A stretch of DNA of 64,000 nucleotides, taken from positions 7,408,201 to 7,472,200 of the forward strand of contig NC_092679.1 in the NCBI RefSeq assembly GCF_964355755.1, given 5' to 3'. Both the position numbers and the translations under genes were made by a program. A model generated the notes under the pieces. The model did no database searches and was not told the DNA's origin. It saw only the letters and a list, made by a program, of their open reading frames with translations. This document shows positions 24,501 through 39,500 of the stretch, in pieces (position 1 is the stretch's first letter; the number at the start of each line of letters is the position of its first letter). Source of the stretch: Antedon mediterranea. Taxonomy: Eukaryota > Animalia > Echinodermata.

Positions 24501-27500
24501 ACTTGCTAGTGTGTGTGCTACATCTTACTTAGTCTCAACTTACCTTCTAAAGACTTGACTTGGCAAGTTTTCCTTGCCTTTCTTTGATATTCTTCTGACT
24601 GAAATTGAAAAAGAAAATTACAGTATCATCATGTTGAACAAGTAGGATTTGAAAATTGATCCCGATCAGGTCTATTCGGAATTCACACTATTGAAACAAC
24701 ATTCCAATTTGGTTTAGGCTCTATTACAATTAGCATCCTGCAACTTAAAATGAATGAATAGCATGTACTAATCATACCTACACACTGGCCACTACTATGT
24801 ACTAATCATACCTACACACTGAGGGCCACTACTATGTACTAATCATACCTACACACTGAGGTCCACTACTATGTACTAATCATACCTACACACTGGCCAC
24901 TTCTATGTACTACCTGTAATCATACCTACACACTGAGGGCCACTACTATGTACTAATCATACTTACACACTGAGGGCCACTACTATGTACTAATCATACC
25001 TACACACTGAGGGTCACTACTATGTACTAATCATACCTACACACTGAGGGCCACTACTATGTACTAAATCATACCTACACACTGGCCACTACTATGTACT
25101 AATCATACCTACACACTGAGGGTCACTACTATTTACTAATCATACCTACACACTGAGGGCCACTACTATGTACTAAATCATACCTACACACTGGCCACTA
25201 CTATGTACTAATCATACCTACACACTGAGGGTCACTACTATTTACTAATCATACCTACACACTGAGGGCCACTACTATGTACTAATCATACCTACACACT
25301 GAGGGTCACTACTATGTAATAATCATACCTACACACTGAGGGCCACTACTATGTAATAATCATACCTACACACTGAGGTCCACTACTATGTACTAATCAT
25401 ACCTACACACTGAGGGCCACTACTATGTACTAATCATACTTACACACTGGCCACTACTATGTACTAATCATACCTACACACTGAGGGCCACTACTATGTA
25501 CTAATCATACCTACACACTGGCCACTACTATGTACTATAAATCATACCTACACACTGAGGTCCACTACTATGTACTAATCATACCTACACACTGAGGTCC
25601 ACTACTATGTACTAATCATACCTACACACTGGCCACTACTACGTACTAATCATACCTACACACTGAGGGCCACTACTATTTACTAATCATACCTACACAC
25701 TGAGGGCCACTACTATGTACTAATCATACCTACACACTGGACTACTACTATGTACTAATCATACCTACACACTGAGGGCCACTACTATTTACTAATCATA
25801 CCTACACACTGAGGGCCACTACTATGTACTAATCATACCTACACACTGAGGGCCACTACTATGTACTAATCATACCTACACACTGGCCACTACTATGTAC
25901 TAATCATACCTACACACTGGCCACTACTATGTACTAATCATACCTACACACTGGCCACTACTATGTACTAATCATACCTACACACTGAGGGTCACTACTA
26001 TGTACTAATCATACCTACACACTGGCCACTACTATGTACTAATCATACCTACACACTGGCCACTACTATGTACTAATCATACCTACACACTGGCCACTAC
26101 TATGTACTAATCATACCTACACACTGAGGGCCACTACTATTTACTAATCATCCCACACACTGAGGGCCACTACTATGTACTAATCATACCTACACACTGG
26201 CCACTACTACGTACTAATCATACCTACACACTGAGGGCCACTACTATTTACTAATCATACCTACACACTGAGGGTCACTACTATGTACTAATCATACCTA
26301 CACACTGGCCACTACTATGTAATAATCATACCTACACACTGAGGTCCACTACTATGTACTAATCATACCTACACACTGAGGGCCACTACTATGTACTAAT
26401 CATACCTACACACTGAGGGCCACTACTATGTACTAATCATACCTACACACTGGCCACTACTATTTACTAATCATACCTACACACTGGCCACTACTATGTA
26501 CTAATAATACCTACACACTGGCCACTACTATGTCACTACTTACTTTGGATTTATCTGCTCTAGTGTAGTGGTAGAAATATGGGCTATAATGAGTCAGAAA
26601 TCTTTGGTTCAATTCATAAATTCCTCTGCCAGTTGTACCAGATTTTCTGAAATATAAACATAACAAAAATTAAACGTTCATGGTGTAACTTTCAAAAGTT
26701 TTTCCTAATGAATAATTTATCTTCGTCAGAAAATCAAATCTGTTAGGTTACATGCTTCACAAACTAAAAAAAACTCACATCATTGGATATACACTTATTT
26801 TCAAACGGCAAATAGATTCAAAACATTGCATACTGTGGGTCTACATAGTTACAACATACTTACTTGAAAACCCCCACTAAATTCACAACATCTTCTGCAC
26901 CTGTCTCTTCTTGGGCCTGCAAAATCCATCAAACATTGTACAAATAAAAGGCAAAAAGCAAGTAACAACACCTCATTTAAGAGGCCCTTTAACTTACTTG
27001 AAATTGGCAACGAGGTTAATGACCTTGTCCATGCCTGTTTCATGATGGTACTGAAACATAAGTAGATTAGCTCACTGTGTGTATATACAATTGCATAATA
27101 AATAAGGGAATCCCAATTTTGAATTGGGAATTCCCATTTAATTCCTGTTCTATGACACAATGAGCTATATTCAATACTGCCAGTGAAACCATAAACCTTT
27201 CCTAATTTAATAAATACAGTTAGTATCCTACACAGTTCCACTACTAAAAATTAGTCTCAAAAACAGATTAATTCATTTATATGGTACATTATTTGTTTGT
27301 TCTTTATTAGCTTGCTTAAAGTAACAAATTCAGAATAGACTGCCATTTAAGGGATGATTCTCTTATATTGATTACCTCCTCGTCTCAAAATAATTAAATA
27401 CATTTTAAATTAGAAGATATTCAGTAACAATTTTAGAATGGATCATTCCATTTTGTTGAATGGGTTGTTTACTTACATCTTCTGGTAAGGATTTGTTGAT

Positions 27501-30500
27501 TTCACTATGAGCCATTGGTGACATACACAGCTGGTGGATTACTTCACGCTTCACTCGATCCGTGTCCGATATCTCACCAACCCCGACTACATAACGCTCA
27601 CCTTTTATGGTCAGGTATCAAACAGATGTAATACATTATTATGTTTATTATTGTTTTATTATTTATTTATCTATTCTATAGATTAATTGTTTATATATTT
27701 CTAATTAGAGATATTTATACTTTTTGTCTAGACGTAACATTCTTAGGTTATTGTTATTTCGTTTGTTTTGTTGTTTTTTTATTTACATGAATGTAACACC
27801 TCTATTATTGGTGAATTTGTTGGTTGAAAAAAATATGGACTTACAAACAATAATAATAAGCAATTCCAGAAACTCCTTGAGCAAAGTAACATAACGCTGT
27901 CTAGCTTGTACTTCCTAAAAGTATAAAACACAAATATTATTAATGAATTGTTTTTATCACTGTCACATTCTTTATTATTAAAGATGTATTGTCCCTTTGA
28001 CTAATTAAAAAAAAGTTTAATCTTTTTATATTTCGAAAAAAAGTGGTTCATTTTGAAGTATCATAATAGTTATTAACTTTCACCAAAAATTAGTTGAAAA
28101 AAAATATTTTAACCGAAATACGGACATTTTTTTGTTCAAAAAATAACTTTGACTTCCAGTCAAAGTTTTCGATCTCATAATGCAACAGGCTTGTTTGGCT
28201 ACTCTGTATGCATAATCATAAAACTTCCTCGCATTCTGTGTGAAAACACCTTCTCAACCGCGACAAGTTGTAAACAATCCTAATTAGCATCATGCATAAT
28301 GCATACTCGTAGTTTGAAATCTTTGTTTACTTTCACTCGTGACGATTTTCCAGATGAAATGTAAACAAATTAATTTACCTGTTAATTAAGTAAACTTGTT
28401 GTTTTTGCCTCGAATTTTCAGCTTAAAGTAAATAACTTTAATATTACCTTGATATGGCCAATTTATATTTAGAATACTTTTTTTTCATTTTTTGTGTTTC
28501 AAGGGACAATACATCAGGCAGCTGATAGAGCACTATCTTTAATATCACCATTGCCACTAATGACGGTGGTGATGATATTAGTGGTGGTTGTGATCGTGGT
28601 GGTGATGGTTGTGATCGTGGTGGTTGTGATTGTGGTGGTGGTGGTTGTGATCGTGGTGGTGATGATTGTGATCATGGTGGTTGTGATCGTGGTGGTTGTG
28701 ATCGTGGTGGTGATTAGATTACATAAGATTACAAACAACTTACATCTGCTGATAGGGCCTGTGTATTGTACTGCCTATCCATGCATTGAACAAGATCAAA
28801 TCGATTCAACACAGTAATTAAGAACTCATCAGGTGATACTAAGGCAGCTGATGTCTGAAAAATGCAATAAACAAATATAGATTTCTATATCTTACTAGGT
28901 AGAACTTTAAGTCATAATCATTTAATTAATTTTGATACCAAACAATTAATGAAATCAAGGTTCACTCAAAGTAAATACCAAAAATGTGTAGAATCATATA
29001 CAATAGAACCCATATAAAGTGGACACCTTCAGGACCCTGCAAAGGGTTCCCTGAATAGAACCCATATAAAGTGGACACCTTCAGGACCCTGCAAAGGGTT
29101 CCCTGAATAGAACCCATATAAAGTGGACACCTTCAGAACCCTGCAAAGGGTTCCCTGAATAGAACCCATATAAAGTGGACACCTTCAGGACCCTGCAAAG
29201 GGTTCCCTGAATAGAACCCATATAAAGTGGACACCTTCAGGACCCTGCAAAGGGTTCCCTGAATAGAACCCATATAAAGTGGACACCTTCAGAACCCTGC
29301 AAAGGGTTCCCTGAATAGAACCCATATAAAGTGGACACCTTCAGAACCCTGCAAAGGGTTCCCTGAATAGAACCCATATAAAGTGGACACCTTCAGAACC
29401 CTGCAAAGGGTTCCCTGAATAGAACCCATATAAAGTGGACACCTTCAGAACCCTGCAAAGGGTTCCCTGAATAGAACCCATATAAAGTGGACACCTTCAG
29501 AACCCTGCAAAGGGTTCCCTGAATAGAACCCATATAAAGTGGACACCTTCAGAACCCTGCAAAGGGTTCCCTGAATAGAACCCATATAAAGTGGACACCT
29601 TCAGAACCCTGCAAAGGGTTCCCTGAATAGAACCCATATAAAGTGGACACCTTCAGGACCCTGCAAAGGGTTCCCTGAATAGAACCCATATAAAGTGGAC
29701 ACCTTCAGAACCCTGCAAAGGGTTCCCTGAATAGAACCCATATAAAGTGGACACCTTCAGAACCCTGCAAAGGGTTCCCTGAATAGAACCCATATAAAGT
29801 GGACACCTTCAGAACCCTGCAAAGGCTTCCCTGAATAGAACCCATATAAAGTGGACACCTTCAGGACCCTGCAAAGGGTTCCCTGAATAGAACCCATATA
29901 AAGTGGACACCTTCAGGACACTGCAAAGGGTTCCCTGAATAGAACCCATATAAAGTGGACACCTTCAGGACCCTGCAAAGGGTTCCCTGAATAGAACCCA
30001 TATAAAGTGGACACCTTCAGGACCCTGCAAAGGGTTCCCTGAATAGAACCCATATAAAGTGGACACCTTCAGGACCCTGCAAAGGGTTCCCTGAATAGAA
30101 CCCATATAAAGTGGACACCTTCAGGACCCTGCAAAGGGTTCCCTGAATAGAACCCATAAAAAGTGGACACCTTCAGGACCCTGCAAAGGGTTCCCTGAAT
30201 AGAACCCATATAAAGTGGACACCTTCAGGACCCTGCAAAGGGTTCCCTGAATAGAACTCATATAAAGTGGACACCTTCAGGACCCTGCAAAGGGTTCCCT
30301 GAATAGAACCCATATAAAGTGGACACCTTCAGGACCCTGCAAAGGGTTCCCTGAATAGAACCCATATAAAGTGGACACCTTCAGGACCCTGCAAAGGGTT
30401 CCCTGAATAGAACCCATATAAAGTGGACACCTTCAGGACCCTGCAAAGGGTTCCCTGAATAGAACCCATATAAAGTGGACACCTTCAGGACCCTGCAAAG

Positions 30501-33500
30501 GGTTCCCTGAATAGAACCCATATAAAGTGGACACCTTCAGAACCCTGCAAAGGGTTCCCTGAATAGAACCCATATAAAGTGGACACCTTCAGGACCCTGC
30601 AAAGGGTTCCCTGAATAGAACCCATATAAAGTGGACACCTTCAGGACCCTGCAAAGGGTTCCCTGAATAGAACCCATATAAAGTGGACACCTTCAGAACC
30701 CTGCAAAGGGTTCCCTGAATAGAACCCATATAAAGTGGACACCTTCAGGACCCTGCAAAGGGTCCCCTGAATAGAACCCATATAAAGTGGACACCTTCAG
30801 AACCCTGCAAAGGGTTCCCTGAATAGAACCCATATAAAGTGGACACCTTCAGGACCCTGCAAAGGGTTCCCTGAATAGAACCCATATAAAGTGGACACCT
30901 TCAGGACCCTGCAAAGGGTTCCCTGAATAGAACCCATATAAAGTGGACACCTTCAGAACCCTGCAAAGGGTTCCCTGAATAGAACCCATATAAAGTGGAC
31001 ACCTTCAGAACCCTGCAAAGGGTTCCCTGAATAGAACCCATATAAAGTGGACACCTTCAGGACCCTGCAAAGGGTTCCCTGAATAGAACCCATATAAAGT
31101 GGACACCTTCAGAACCCTGCAAAGGGTCCCCTGAATAGAACCCATATAAAGTGGACACCTTCAGGACCCTGCAAAGGGTTCCCTGAATAGAACCCATATA
31201 AAGTGGACACCTTCAGAACCCTGCAAAGGGTTCCCTGAATAGAACTCATATAAAGTGGACACCTTCAGGACCCTGCAAAGGGTTCCCTGAATAGAACCCA
31301 TATAAAGTGGACACCTTCAGAACCCTGCAAAGGGTTCCCTGAATAGAACTCATATAAAGTGGACACCTTCAGGACCCTGCAAAGGGTTCCCTGAATAGAA
31401 CCCATATAAAGTGGACACCTTCAGGACCCTGCAAAGGGTTCCCTGAATAGAACCCATATAAAGTGGACACCTTCAGGACCCTGCAAAGGGTCCCCTGAAT
31501 AGAACCCATATAAAGTGGACACCTTCAGGACCCTGCAAAGGGTTCCCTGAATAGAACCCATATAAAGTGGACACCTTCAGGACCCTGCAAAAGGTTCCCT
31601 GAATAGAACCCATATAAAGTGGACACCTTCAGGACCCTGCAAAGGGTTCCCTGAATAGAACCCATATAAAAGTGGACACCTTCAGAACCCTGCAAAGGGT
31701 TCCCTGAACAGAACCCATATAAAGTATAATAAAACTTTATTGCTTCAATGTTCGTTTCTCGGAAAGTGTCCTCTGAATAGGTGTATCCCCCTAATCGTAG
31801 TGTCCCAAAAGAAGGGTTTTATTGTAGTATAAAATGTGTGTCATACCTGAAGCATTAGGATGTCTCTATCATAAGTTTCAATTTGAAACCTTACACTGTT
31901 GTAGTTATAAAGCTGAAAAAAAAATGAATGCTAGATCAACATATCAATCATAAAGCATGTTAATTAATTGGATACTAGATGTTAACTGTTAGACTATGTA
32001 TCATCAAGTCCAACAAACTCTCATTGTGTAAAATAGAGCCAACTTGAGCCAAATAAATGAGTCATCAAGAGCAAAATAATTAAAAGAAATCTTGGATTCA
32101 TTCACAACCTTATTTGACATACAAAGATGTTACCTGATTGAGTAATGCATAGCCGTTACGCCGCCATTGACCTGCCTGACATTGTGCTTTTAAAACTTGG
32201 ATTCTCAATGCATCTTCCATCAATTCCATTGGTGTAAGGGCTCCCTGAAAGACGGATATGACAATGTTTCTTTTATGTCCAGATTTTGTAAATAGCATGC
32301 AATTTATAATTAGTATTTTTATTAATTTAATTCAAAAACAAATTGACATAATACTTTACATCTTTGATTGGTCAATATTTATTTTCTGGTAGTGTGGGAA
32401 TTTCACTAGCAAAAATATTGTGATGTTACTATGGTTACCTACCATTGGTAAAAGGCCTTCTTTGTAGAAGTGTAAATTATATTTTCCAAGGTGTAGATGC
32501 AAACCTGTAAGTTAACAATAAACTATAATATTATGATACACCCTCTACCAAAGTCAAGTATAAACTCATAAAAAAGTCATTAAAAAGTGAAATAACAGCT
32601 TACTTACAAAGTCAACTATTATACAGATATTGACTGTTTAGAGGTTAAATATAAGATTTGACATCCCCGAGGGAATGATATTATGTTCGAGGGAATATAT
32701 ATTTCCCGAAGCGCCAGCTGAGGGAAATATATATTCCCCGAGAACTTAATATCATTCCCGAGGGGATGCCAAATCTTATATTTAACCGATATAAAAGGCA
32801 ATATCTGTTATATTATATAGCCAAGAACAAGTCTGCTGCTGGGTTGGGTGAAGCTAGGCTAGGCCTCCTATAGCCTATAGTATTTGTATTGTATTTAAAC
32901 AAGCCTGCCTAGACACTTTACCTTGCGAAGAATAATATACAGATAATTACTAATTAATGATTCCTTGGCAATAAAATATTCACTTAGGCCTAGGTCGTTT
33001 AAATTAACAGAAGAATTTCCATCAATAAGCCTATTAATAATAATATTATAATCAGGTAGGCCGAATAAACAATTCGTCTTCTTCTCTTCTTCGAGGAGCC
33101 GAATCACCGGATGTTCAGCGCGTACTAGTTACTAGGTTACTACCGTGAGTATTGACCAATCACAAACGGTGTTTCATCACATTTAGGGTGGACTAATAAC
33201 AAATGAGGGCGCTATGTATGCATAGTTTAAATAGTTTAGATGATTAATTTCTTCAAGCAAGCTACGTGGCGCAGCGGTTGAAGCGTTGTCTTGCGATGGA
33301 GTGACAATTCCACCCGAGTTCAAGATCGAGTAGATGACTTTTGTTTATTTATCGGCAACGCGAGTGTTGGCACACGAAAATTACACAGTCAATATCATCG
33401 TACTCGAGAATCTATATGTTTAATGACAGGGGACACGATAATTACGCGAAAATTACACAGTCAATATCATCGTTCTCGAGGATATATACGATTTACGATC

Positions 33501-36500
33501 CTCGCAGCGGTAGTCATGTGATGCAGTTTCAACCAATCACGTTCGCGTATTTACATAGGCTATGTAATATAAACTCATAACAAATAGTTAACATAACAAA
33601 AGCGAAATCACAGTTTACATTCTTTTTTAATGTACAAAGAATATCCTAAGGCTCTGTCTACACTATCAAACTAGATTGAACAAAAAGTGTGATGTGCCCA
33701 AATACAGTAGTGATATGACATCATTGTGTCCATATATGGGCACATCAAATTTATTTGTCACAGAAAGTTTGATAGTGTGGACAGAGCTTAATAATATATA
33801 GAGCATGTTACCTGCCAGTAGTCTTGTAATTGGTACATGAATTGAGATAGATTGTGAGGAGACATCATACTTAATACAGGACACTGAATGACCACAAACT
33901 ACAAATCAAAGACATTAGGAGTAAACTTATTGGATTTCTAAATGAAGATACTTTAACAATTTAAAAAATGTAAAAATCAATGAGAAAGTTATTACCTTCT
34001 TTGTTGTCAAATTTGACTGGTTTTGCTTTCTTTGCTTCTCTCAGTTTCATCATAACCATTCGGTAAGCTCTTATTAATAAACTTTGCTATAAAGAAAAAC
34101 ATAATATGTCTGTAGGTTTAAACAAGCTACATTGAAATAATTAAAGTGGGCTGAATTACTGACTTTAAAACATGTCGGGAGTTTAAATTCGTAAACTGCA
34201 CTGTGGCTTCAAATATTTGGGGACAAAATCATAAAGCTATCTTAATGTGATCAGAGGCAGTTAACAAATGTGGAGAGTGCTTCCACTGTGAAGAAGTACT
34301 ATTATATGCAACTTGTTTGATTGGGCAGGGATGATGTAATGTCTATAAATAGTTTTCTTTGTTTACTTACATCAGATCCAATCCATTCCATAAGGAGGCT
34401 GACGCAAGGTTCTAAACGTGTTTGAATATGAAATGCTGTCTCCCATTCTGGCTCAATCTCAATGTGATGATCAGTTTGCCGTGAAACACTGTCCATATCC
34501 TAAAAAACAACATTTTAAACAATACCATGAAAGCCCCAGTAGTCTAATTAGTTAGGACATCTGCATACCAAGCAGAAAATTCAGAGTTTGAATCTCGGTT
34601 GGGCCGACTTTTTCTCATTCTCGCAGATTTCCTCATCTTTATCATTTCAAATTATACATACATATACATCAACTTGATCTTCGTTTGTGCATGTGTACAA
34701 AAATGATGGTTGTTATTGTAACGTACGAAGCCGAGGGGGTTAAAGATTCACAATCCAATAACGTGCCTTTCAAGTATTTTTTTGGTGTAAATTATTCATT
34801 TTAATGCAACCTTTATATGATAAAGTTTAGGTTTGATACATTATCCCTTTTAAGAAAAATGTACCATACACTAAATATTGTGCAATAATTGTATATTTAT
34901 TCATGAGCTATTTTGAAGAAAAAAGAAGAACGCATAAAAGGAAAACAAATGTATTATTAGATACGATTCTTTCTGGAAAGCTTAACATATCTCAATTATA
35001 TAAACACAAACTTGTTGATAAATTGAAATTTAAGAAAGAAGAAAATGTGTACTCATTAGAGTGCAAGAAAATCTTGCACTGAAGAAGCTACCATTTTGGT
35101 AGTAGGGTGTTTTAATTAACTTACTTGTATGAGTTGCATAACCTTCAGCATAGACTGTAATCCTTCAATTACCCCATGCTTCACTGGTTCAGTCCATTCA
35201 TCAGGCTTACATGTCAACACGTATCTAAAAAAATGTATGTATTTATGCTTCAATAACATAGATAATGTCAAACATTAATTTGGATATTCCGTTTTGCTAT
35301 TTCTGATTACAAAGTATAAGGGTTAGCTGGCTCATTTGAGTTTGTTTAAGCAGCCCAACATTTTTCATTCATATTTATGTTCTATTCTAAAATTGAGATG
35401 GTATATTTAACACTATGGCCAGTCCCTATTGAGGCGACAAATTTATTGAAGGGACACTCTATTTAGGACACACTTGTTGGGGTCACAAAGTAGTAGTAAT
35501 AGTAAATAAAAAACCCCATACTTCAAATCAATCAATGTATAAAGAAGACGGCGGAGTCCAGCATTACTTCCCCTCTCAAAGTTTAACTTTCCATCTAAAA
35601 ACACAAATTAAACAATTGATATGTAGTTTATACCAATCTTTCCAAAATATCAAATACATGTTAACAGTAGTACTAAGGAACATTATATTCTAAGCTGTGT
35701 TATTCATTACATAGTGTCATAGTATGACGATGATGTATGATGATAATAATGATATGATGATAATCATCATGATGATGATGATAATTATGAAGATGATAAT
35801 GATGATAATAATAATGGAGATGATGATAATGATGATAATAATGAAGATGATGATAATGATGATGATAATTATGATGATGATGATGATAATAATGATGATG
35901 ATGATGATGATAATGATGATGATAATGATGATGATAATGATAATAATAATTATGATAATGATGGTAATGGTGATTGAAACTTTGTATCTATGGATAATTA
36001 CCTTTGACATGATATTTACTAGTATATTCATAGAAAGTGTCTAAGATCTTAGCCATCAGATTGTGTTCTGCCACTAAGAATCTTGACTGAAAAAAAGAAA
36101 ACAAAAGTGTTTAATGTCTGAAACAGCCAAGTCGATTAAAGACCCTTAGCAGTACCAACTATTATGCTCGTGCGTAAATATGCGCTAGCGTATCTCTTAG
36201 CGTTAAATCTGATGTAAACATTATACGCAGCAGCTCTGCCTGTTGTTTTTATCTGTTTCTAAGTAACTGCATTCATTTTTATAAATGCTTAGTGCTTCGC
36301 CCCTAGACCCCGACCGGGGGATCTTGGCTTTGTCTTTGCGTGACATATTGAATGCAATATAAATAATAAACTTATACTGTAGTCACTGTTACACAACAAA
36401 AGTGAAAAAAAAAAATCTGCAATGCAAATGGTGCTAGTTTTTTATGTACATTCATATATTTACAATATATAAGATACTTTTTATTAATCATTCATAGTGT

Positions 36501-39500
36501 TCCCACCTCCTGATAAGATATTTTATATAGCCATTTTAGATATACTGATGTATATACTACACTGTATTGTAAACATTCTTATATGCATTGGTACTTTATT
36601 TACTATAACCTTGAATATTCTAAATTCAAGGAAATAATGGAAAAAAAAGAGAGTAATATGTCAATATGTATTTGTAATAATTATGATGAACGAATAAATG
36701 TGGTAGATTACACCACAAAAGAGAAAAAAAAACGTATACTGTAGTCAATTGTTTTTATGGATACTTATTTCATTTTATGTATAGTATAAAAATTGTGTCA
36801 TCTCCAATAATACATTGTACTGTAGGTGTATACAAATATAAACAGTGTTATTGTTATAAAATGATAGTGGCAATATGAGGTACAATTACCTGTTTACTTA
36901 GATATTGACTTACCACAGATGGAACTGTATACATCTGCACTGACAGAGAAACAATGGACATATTGTGATCATGATCGTCTAAAATGAAGTCAAATTGCGC
37001 CTCTTTGTAATGCTAGAAAACAACAAGTATTAAATAAAATCAACTCAAAACCCTATTGTAAAATCAGAGGCTATCATACATTTATTGAGTGCCTCTCTGT
37101 AATGCTAGAAAACAAGTACAAGTATATTGTGAAATCAGTTACACTTATTGAGAAAGAAATCAAACAAACAACAATATATTTATTATTACAAAACCTGTAT
37201 TAGTCAATCTGATTTTGAAATGAGTAATCGGTACAATTGTGTCAGATAAAGGGTAAAGTTTAATTACTCATTGTAAAACCCAAAGTTACTTACTTTAGTA
37301 AACAAAACAGCAAATTGTTTTTTGTACTCTAGGTCCATTAGTAAGCTCCCCATAAACAGTTGATGCCAACCAATACGTGCACCTTTCATAATAAACAAGA
37401 ATTACATTTTATATTAGAACTAAACTATAACATCTGACCAAAAACAATGGACAGTGGTGGATGAAATGACCATTCCAGCTAAATGTTTACCTAGCACCTA
37501 TCTACCTGTATATTATGTGTCCATTTCTATACAGTTTACCCAGATTAAATTTGTGTTCATTACAAAATAACATTCAACAAATATGAGTTGTTTTTTGCCT
37601 AGATTGGCTATTGTTAACCCTCTTATTCAACGTTGTTTCTTTTTTCATTCAATTGAGTGACTTGATTCTCTATTGTAATGTTGTGTAATAGTACCTTTCC
37701 ATAACTTGGAATCAATAAGTATGATTTTCTCTGTAACTGACTGATTATCATCTTGCATCGGTTGAAGAGCAACTTGACATAGGATCAAGCGTAATCCATC
37801 TACAGTACAAATAAAGTTGTATTGTTTCACAAAATACAATATAATAAAACAGAACATAAATTAATAATACAATTGTGTGAGGAGGACGCATTAAGCCAAG
37901 GCTTTAAGTTTGGCCCTCCAGATAAATAAATATATATTTAATTTAAGTGAGAAAAAAAAACACTTTTGTCAAATTGAAAAAATAAAATTAAACAAAAAGG
38001 CACAATAAAGGGAAAAAAGAAACAGTCTTAAGGTAAATACCAATGTTCTAAATAGTTTGAAATAAGTATTTGCTTGTATTTTTTTTAAATGAATTTATGA
38101 TTGGTATTGCTTTTAGATTGAGCGGTAAGTTATTCTATATATAAGGTCCATTGTAAATAAAAGGCCTTTTAAAAAAGTCCCGTTAATAATTCTAAGTTGG
38201 CTGTCTAAATATCTTACCTTAAACTAGGATTTATGAATTTATCTAGAAAATAATTTTAAGTACAAATTCTGGGACAATAAAAAATCTCTAATATTTAGAG
38301 AGTCTGCACTGCTCAATGTAATTTACCCATGTGATGCATAAAGCAAAGAAAATAACAATAATTATAATCAGACATCAGCAAGTAAAAATATCACAAGGCG
38401 GTTTCTTGTTCACTTTTTTTCTGGTTAATTGTGTAGTATATATATATCATGATTTGATAACAGTAAACCCTACCTGAGACAGTGATAAGTTGAGTGAGCC
38501 ATTCCAGTAACCTTAAAGCAAAGGTCTGGTGAGCTACGATGGCGTAGTGCATTACACTCACTTTCAGTGGCTTTGTTCCTGTCCTGTTTGTATTCTTTAT
38601 AATAATTCCTTTGGCTTTTTTACAATTGTCTTCTTTGCCAAGACGGACCTGGCTTCGTCCCTGAAAAAAAAAAGCATAAATGTGTGTCCAAGCCATTACT
38701 GAGTGTCCGTGAATAAATAAAGCTTTTAACCAATAAGGGGAGATGTGTCATCTCCATGTATGGAATGGAATAAGGTATAACCAAGGCATTCTAACAACAG
38801 GACACTGAGCTCTCCTTGCCAAGATATGAACTCGTCCTTTGATCTTATGTCTGGTTGCGACATATACCAACAGTTCCATACCATGTAAATATTCTTTGCA
38901 GTGGCGCGCGGTGTTTGCGTCGCAGCCACAGATAAACCCTTTAATCTCCGGAGCTCAGCATCCTGTTGTTAGATTGCCTTGGTATTATCCTTACCTCGCG
39001 ATCAACTTTGGTAGCATATCCAATGGCCTGCTTTTCAGTACAACTTACAGCTTTCTTTAACGTTTCAATCACCTGCTCATATGTATGCACTTCGTCGTTA
39101 AATAACATTGTACAAAAAATCTCCTCCAAACGCCTACAAAAACAATTAATTACACCATTTTTATAACAATGATTTTGATTTATTTTACTAGTTTTGTATT
39201 AATTTTTTTTAATTATGTAATTTAATGACAAATTAGTCTATTTCATGGTCCTTTAACTTGTGCATGTACAAATTCTGAGAGAACAAAATTAGGCCTACTA
39301 ATAATTATTGTAGAATATATTTTATAAAACTCTTTTTAAGTAACCAATTTTGAATATTATATGCAGGCCCCTGAAAGACTTACTCATGATTTAATTGCTG
39401 TGGAAGACTGCCTTCAATATCCATAGTCAACACATCAAAACAATATCTAAATATGATAGAGAATAAGGTTCTTGTGCATTTCTGCATATCTACAGGTATT

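Noticed and set aside
24763-26533. CRISPR-like array (34-37-bp repeats)
   Set aside because: The units are head-to-tail with no unique spacers, there are no cas genes, and it lies in a eukaryotic intron.
28494-28817. Val/Ile-rich and Thr-rich ORFs
   Set aside because: These are translations of a trinucleotide microsatellite inside a UBR intron.
29002-31724. CRISPR or coding repeat
   Set aside because: It is a pure 52-bp tandem repeat with no spacers, and the period is not a multiple of 3.
35717-36044. Poly-Ile / poly-Met ORFs
   Set aside because: These are artefacts of an (ATG/ATA)n microsatellite. The real exon is ~36002-36086 on the minus strand.
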